A stretch of 30,094 nt of DNA from Elusimicrobiota bacterium (GTDB lineage: Bacteria; Elusimicrobiota; UBA8919). Where the stretch lies: assembly GCA_043816185.1 (NCBI GenBank), contig JBDRIG010000039.1, positions 1 through 30,094 of the forward strand. The letters run 5' to 3'. Made by a program: the position numbers and the translations under genes. Positions 28,932 through 30,094 of this stretch are shown one piece after another; within the stretch, counting starts at the first letter, position 1; the number at the start of each line of letters is the position of its first letter. The notes below the pieces were generated by a model that worked only from the letters and a program-made list of their open reading frames with translations, searched no databases and had not been told where the DNA came from.

Positions 28932-29712
28932 AATTTTACTAAATATAGTCGATATATTACTTTTATCATATATTTTTTACCGTGCAATAATTCTCATTAA
29001 AGGAACACGTGCTGTTCAAGTGCTTTTGGGTATTGTTGTTTTGGGACTTGTAACGATAGTATCAATTTATCTCAAACTTGAAACTACATCATGGTTTCTG
29101 AAAAATTTTTGGTCGGCAGGACTCGTTATTTTGGTAGTTATATTTCAGTCTGATATTCGATCAGCCCTTGCACGGCTTGGCAGCGGGGACATTATTCATT
29201 TATTTATGAAAGAAGAAATTATTACAATAAAAGAAATCATCTCTGCTATAAAAGAGGCATCACATAAAAAAATCGGAATGCTTATTGTTGTTGAACAACA
29301 AACAGGCCTTAAAGATATTATTGAAGGAGGGGTGAAAATTAATGGGGATATATCACATGAGATTTTAATTTCAATTTTTAATCCGAAAACACCTCTGCAC
29401 GACGGTGCGGTTATAATATCGGGTTCAAAAATTGTCGCAGCATCATGTGTTCTTCCTTCAACTGAAAATCCCGCAATATCAAAATTTTTAGGCATGCGTC
29501 ATCGCGCTGCAATTGGTGTAACTGAGGTTTCTGATGCTTTTGTAATTGTTGTGTCGGAGGAGACGGGGAAAACTTCAATTTCTTACGATGGTAAACTTGA
29601 AAAAGATATTGAAATAAATAATCTTGAAAAACTTTTGTTTAATATATGGAAAAAACAGGAAAAATATTTTTTTAAGAAAAACATAAACAACACCGAACAC
29701 AGTTACTCTTAA
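28921..29712 (+). CDS. cdaA: Diadenylate cyclase CdaA (DacA)
   Basis: Three N-terminal TM helices, PLHDGA, RHRAA and VSEETG motifs. Confidence 0.95.
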   Translation: MFSKILLNIVDILLLSYIFYRAIILIKGTRAVQVLLGIVVLGLVTIVSIYLKLETTSWFLKNFWSAGLVILVVIFQSDIRSALARLGSGDIIHLFMKEEIITIKEIISAIKEASHKKIGMLIVVEQQTGLKDIIEGGVKINGDISHEILISIFNPKTPLHDGAVIISGSKIVAASCVLPSTENPAISKFLGMRHRAAIGVTEVSDAFVIVVSEETGKTSISYDGKLEKDIEINNLEKLLFNIWKKQEKYFFKKNINNTEHSYS

Positions 29713-29756
29713 ATATGGCTAAACAAATGTGTTAATTTGTGAATGAAAAGGATTAA

Positions 29757-29855
29757 ATGAAAATCAATTGGCTTAAAAAAAACTTAGAGATAAAAATTCT
29801 TGCTGTCATACTTGCAATACTCTTATGGTTTATAAAACAGAAAATCAGTAAGTGA
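29757..29855 (+). CDS. 32-aa single-TM peptide resembling the N-terminal anchor of CdaR/YbbR
   Basis: MKINWLKKNLEIKILAVILAILLWFIKQKISK*, AAAGGA RBS, immediately downstream of cdaA where cdaR normally lies. Confidence 0.65.
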   Translation: MKINWLKKNLEIKILAVILAILLWFIKQKISK

Positions 29856-29955
29856 GAAATGCTGATCAGAAGCGAAATATGAAATGCAAGACCGACGCTA
29901 AAGCGACTATCAAAGCAATGACGACAAGCGAGATTGCTTCGCTCTATGATTAAAA

Positions 29956-30094
29956 GGGCGCTCGGGAATAAGTTTCTTTGAGACGCTCGTCAGAACTCGC
30001 TCTGCAATTTGCTCCTGGAACAAATAAGTCGCAAATTGAGGCTCTGCAGAAACTTTTCCCTCGCTCTGCGATGATATAAGGTGAAAGGCATTAA
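29956..30094. repeat. Longest copy of the modular structured repeat
   Basis: 51 bp are identical to 10894-10944. Nested stems GGGAATAAGTTTCT/AGAAACTTTTCCC and CAATTTGC/GCAAATTG; ends CTCTGCGATGATATAAGGTGAAAGGCATTAA. Confidence 0.9.

Noticed and set aside
29956..30094. Whole window as a circular element or composite transposon bounded by terminal repeats
   Set aside because: The content is core housekeeping genes, and the same repeat also occurs internally at 10.8 kb; contig breakage at a multi-copy repeat is the simpler explanation.

Overview
AT-rich bacterial chromosomal segment with all supported genes on the + strand. The organism is probably an anaerobic acetogen-like lineage; Elusimicrobiota-like is an inference only. 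Gene content in order: (i) Wood-Ljungdahl genes (RACo/acsV, acsD, an atypical ackA, acsE, fhs); (ii) a YgeY-type M20 hydrolase, argF, an endonuclease III-like gene, cutA, and prfB with a programmed +1 frameshift; (iii) a LysM/TPR/SPOR-NlpC/P60 cell-wall cluster and a small protein with a secretion-type C-terminal domain; (iv) an Rrf2-metY-cysK-metX-metW sulfur amino acid operon interrupted by a REP-associated tyrosine transposase (RAYT) flanked by 94-bp perfect direct repeats built from GTAG-REPs; (v) spoIID-like, queA, tilS, ftsH, folE, folP, cdaA and a 32-aa transmembrane-only CdaR-like peptide absent from the ORF track. Intergenic DNA is rich in small repeats: several covarying GTAG-REP types, two MITE-like elements (one inserted into a palindrome with a 3-bp target duplication), and a modular structured repeat family at both window ends and at 10.8 kb. 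The most notable observations are the acetate kinase with remodelled nucleotide-binding motifs, the direct-repeat-flanked RAYT with a REP inside its own ORF, the mini-CdaR, and the modular repeat family.
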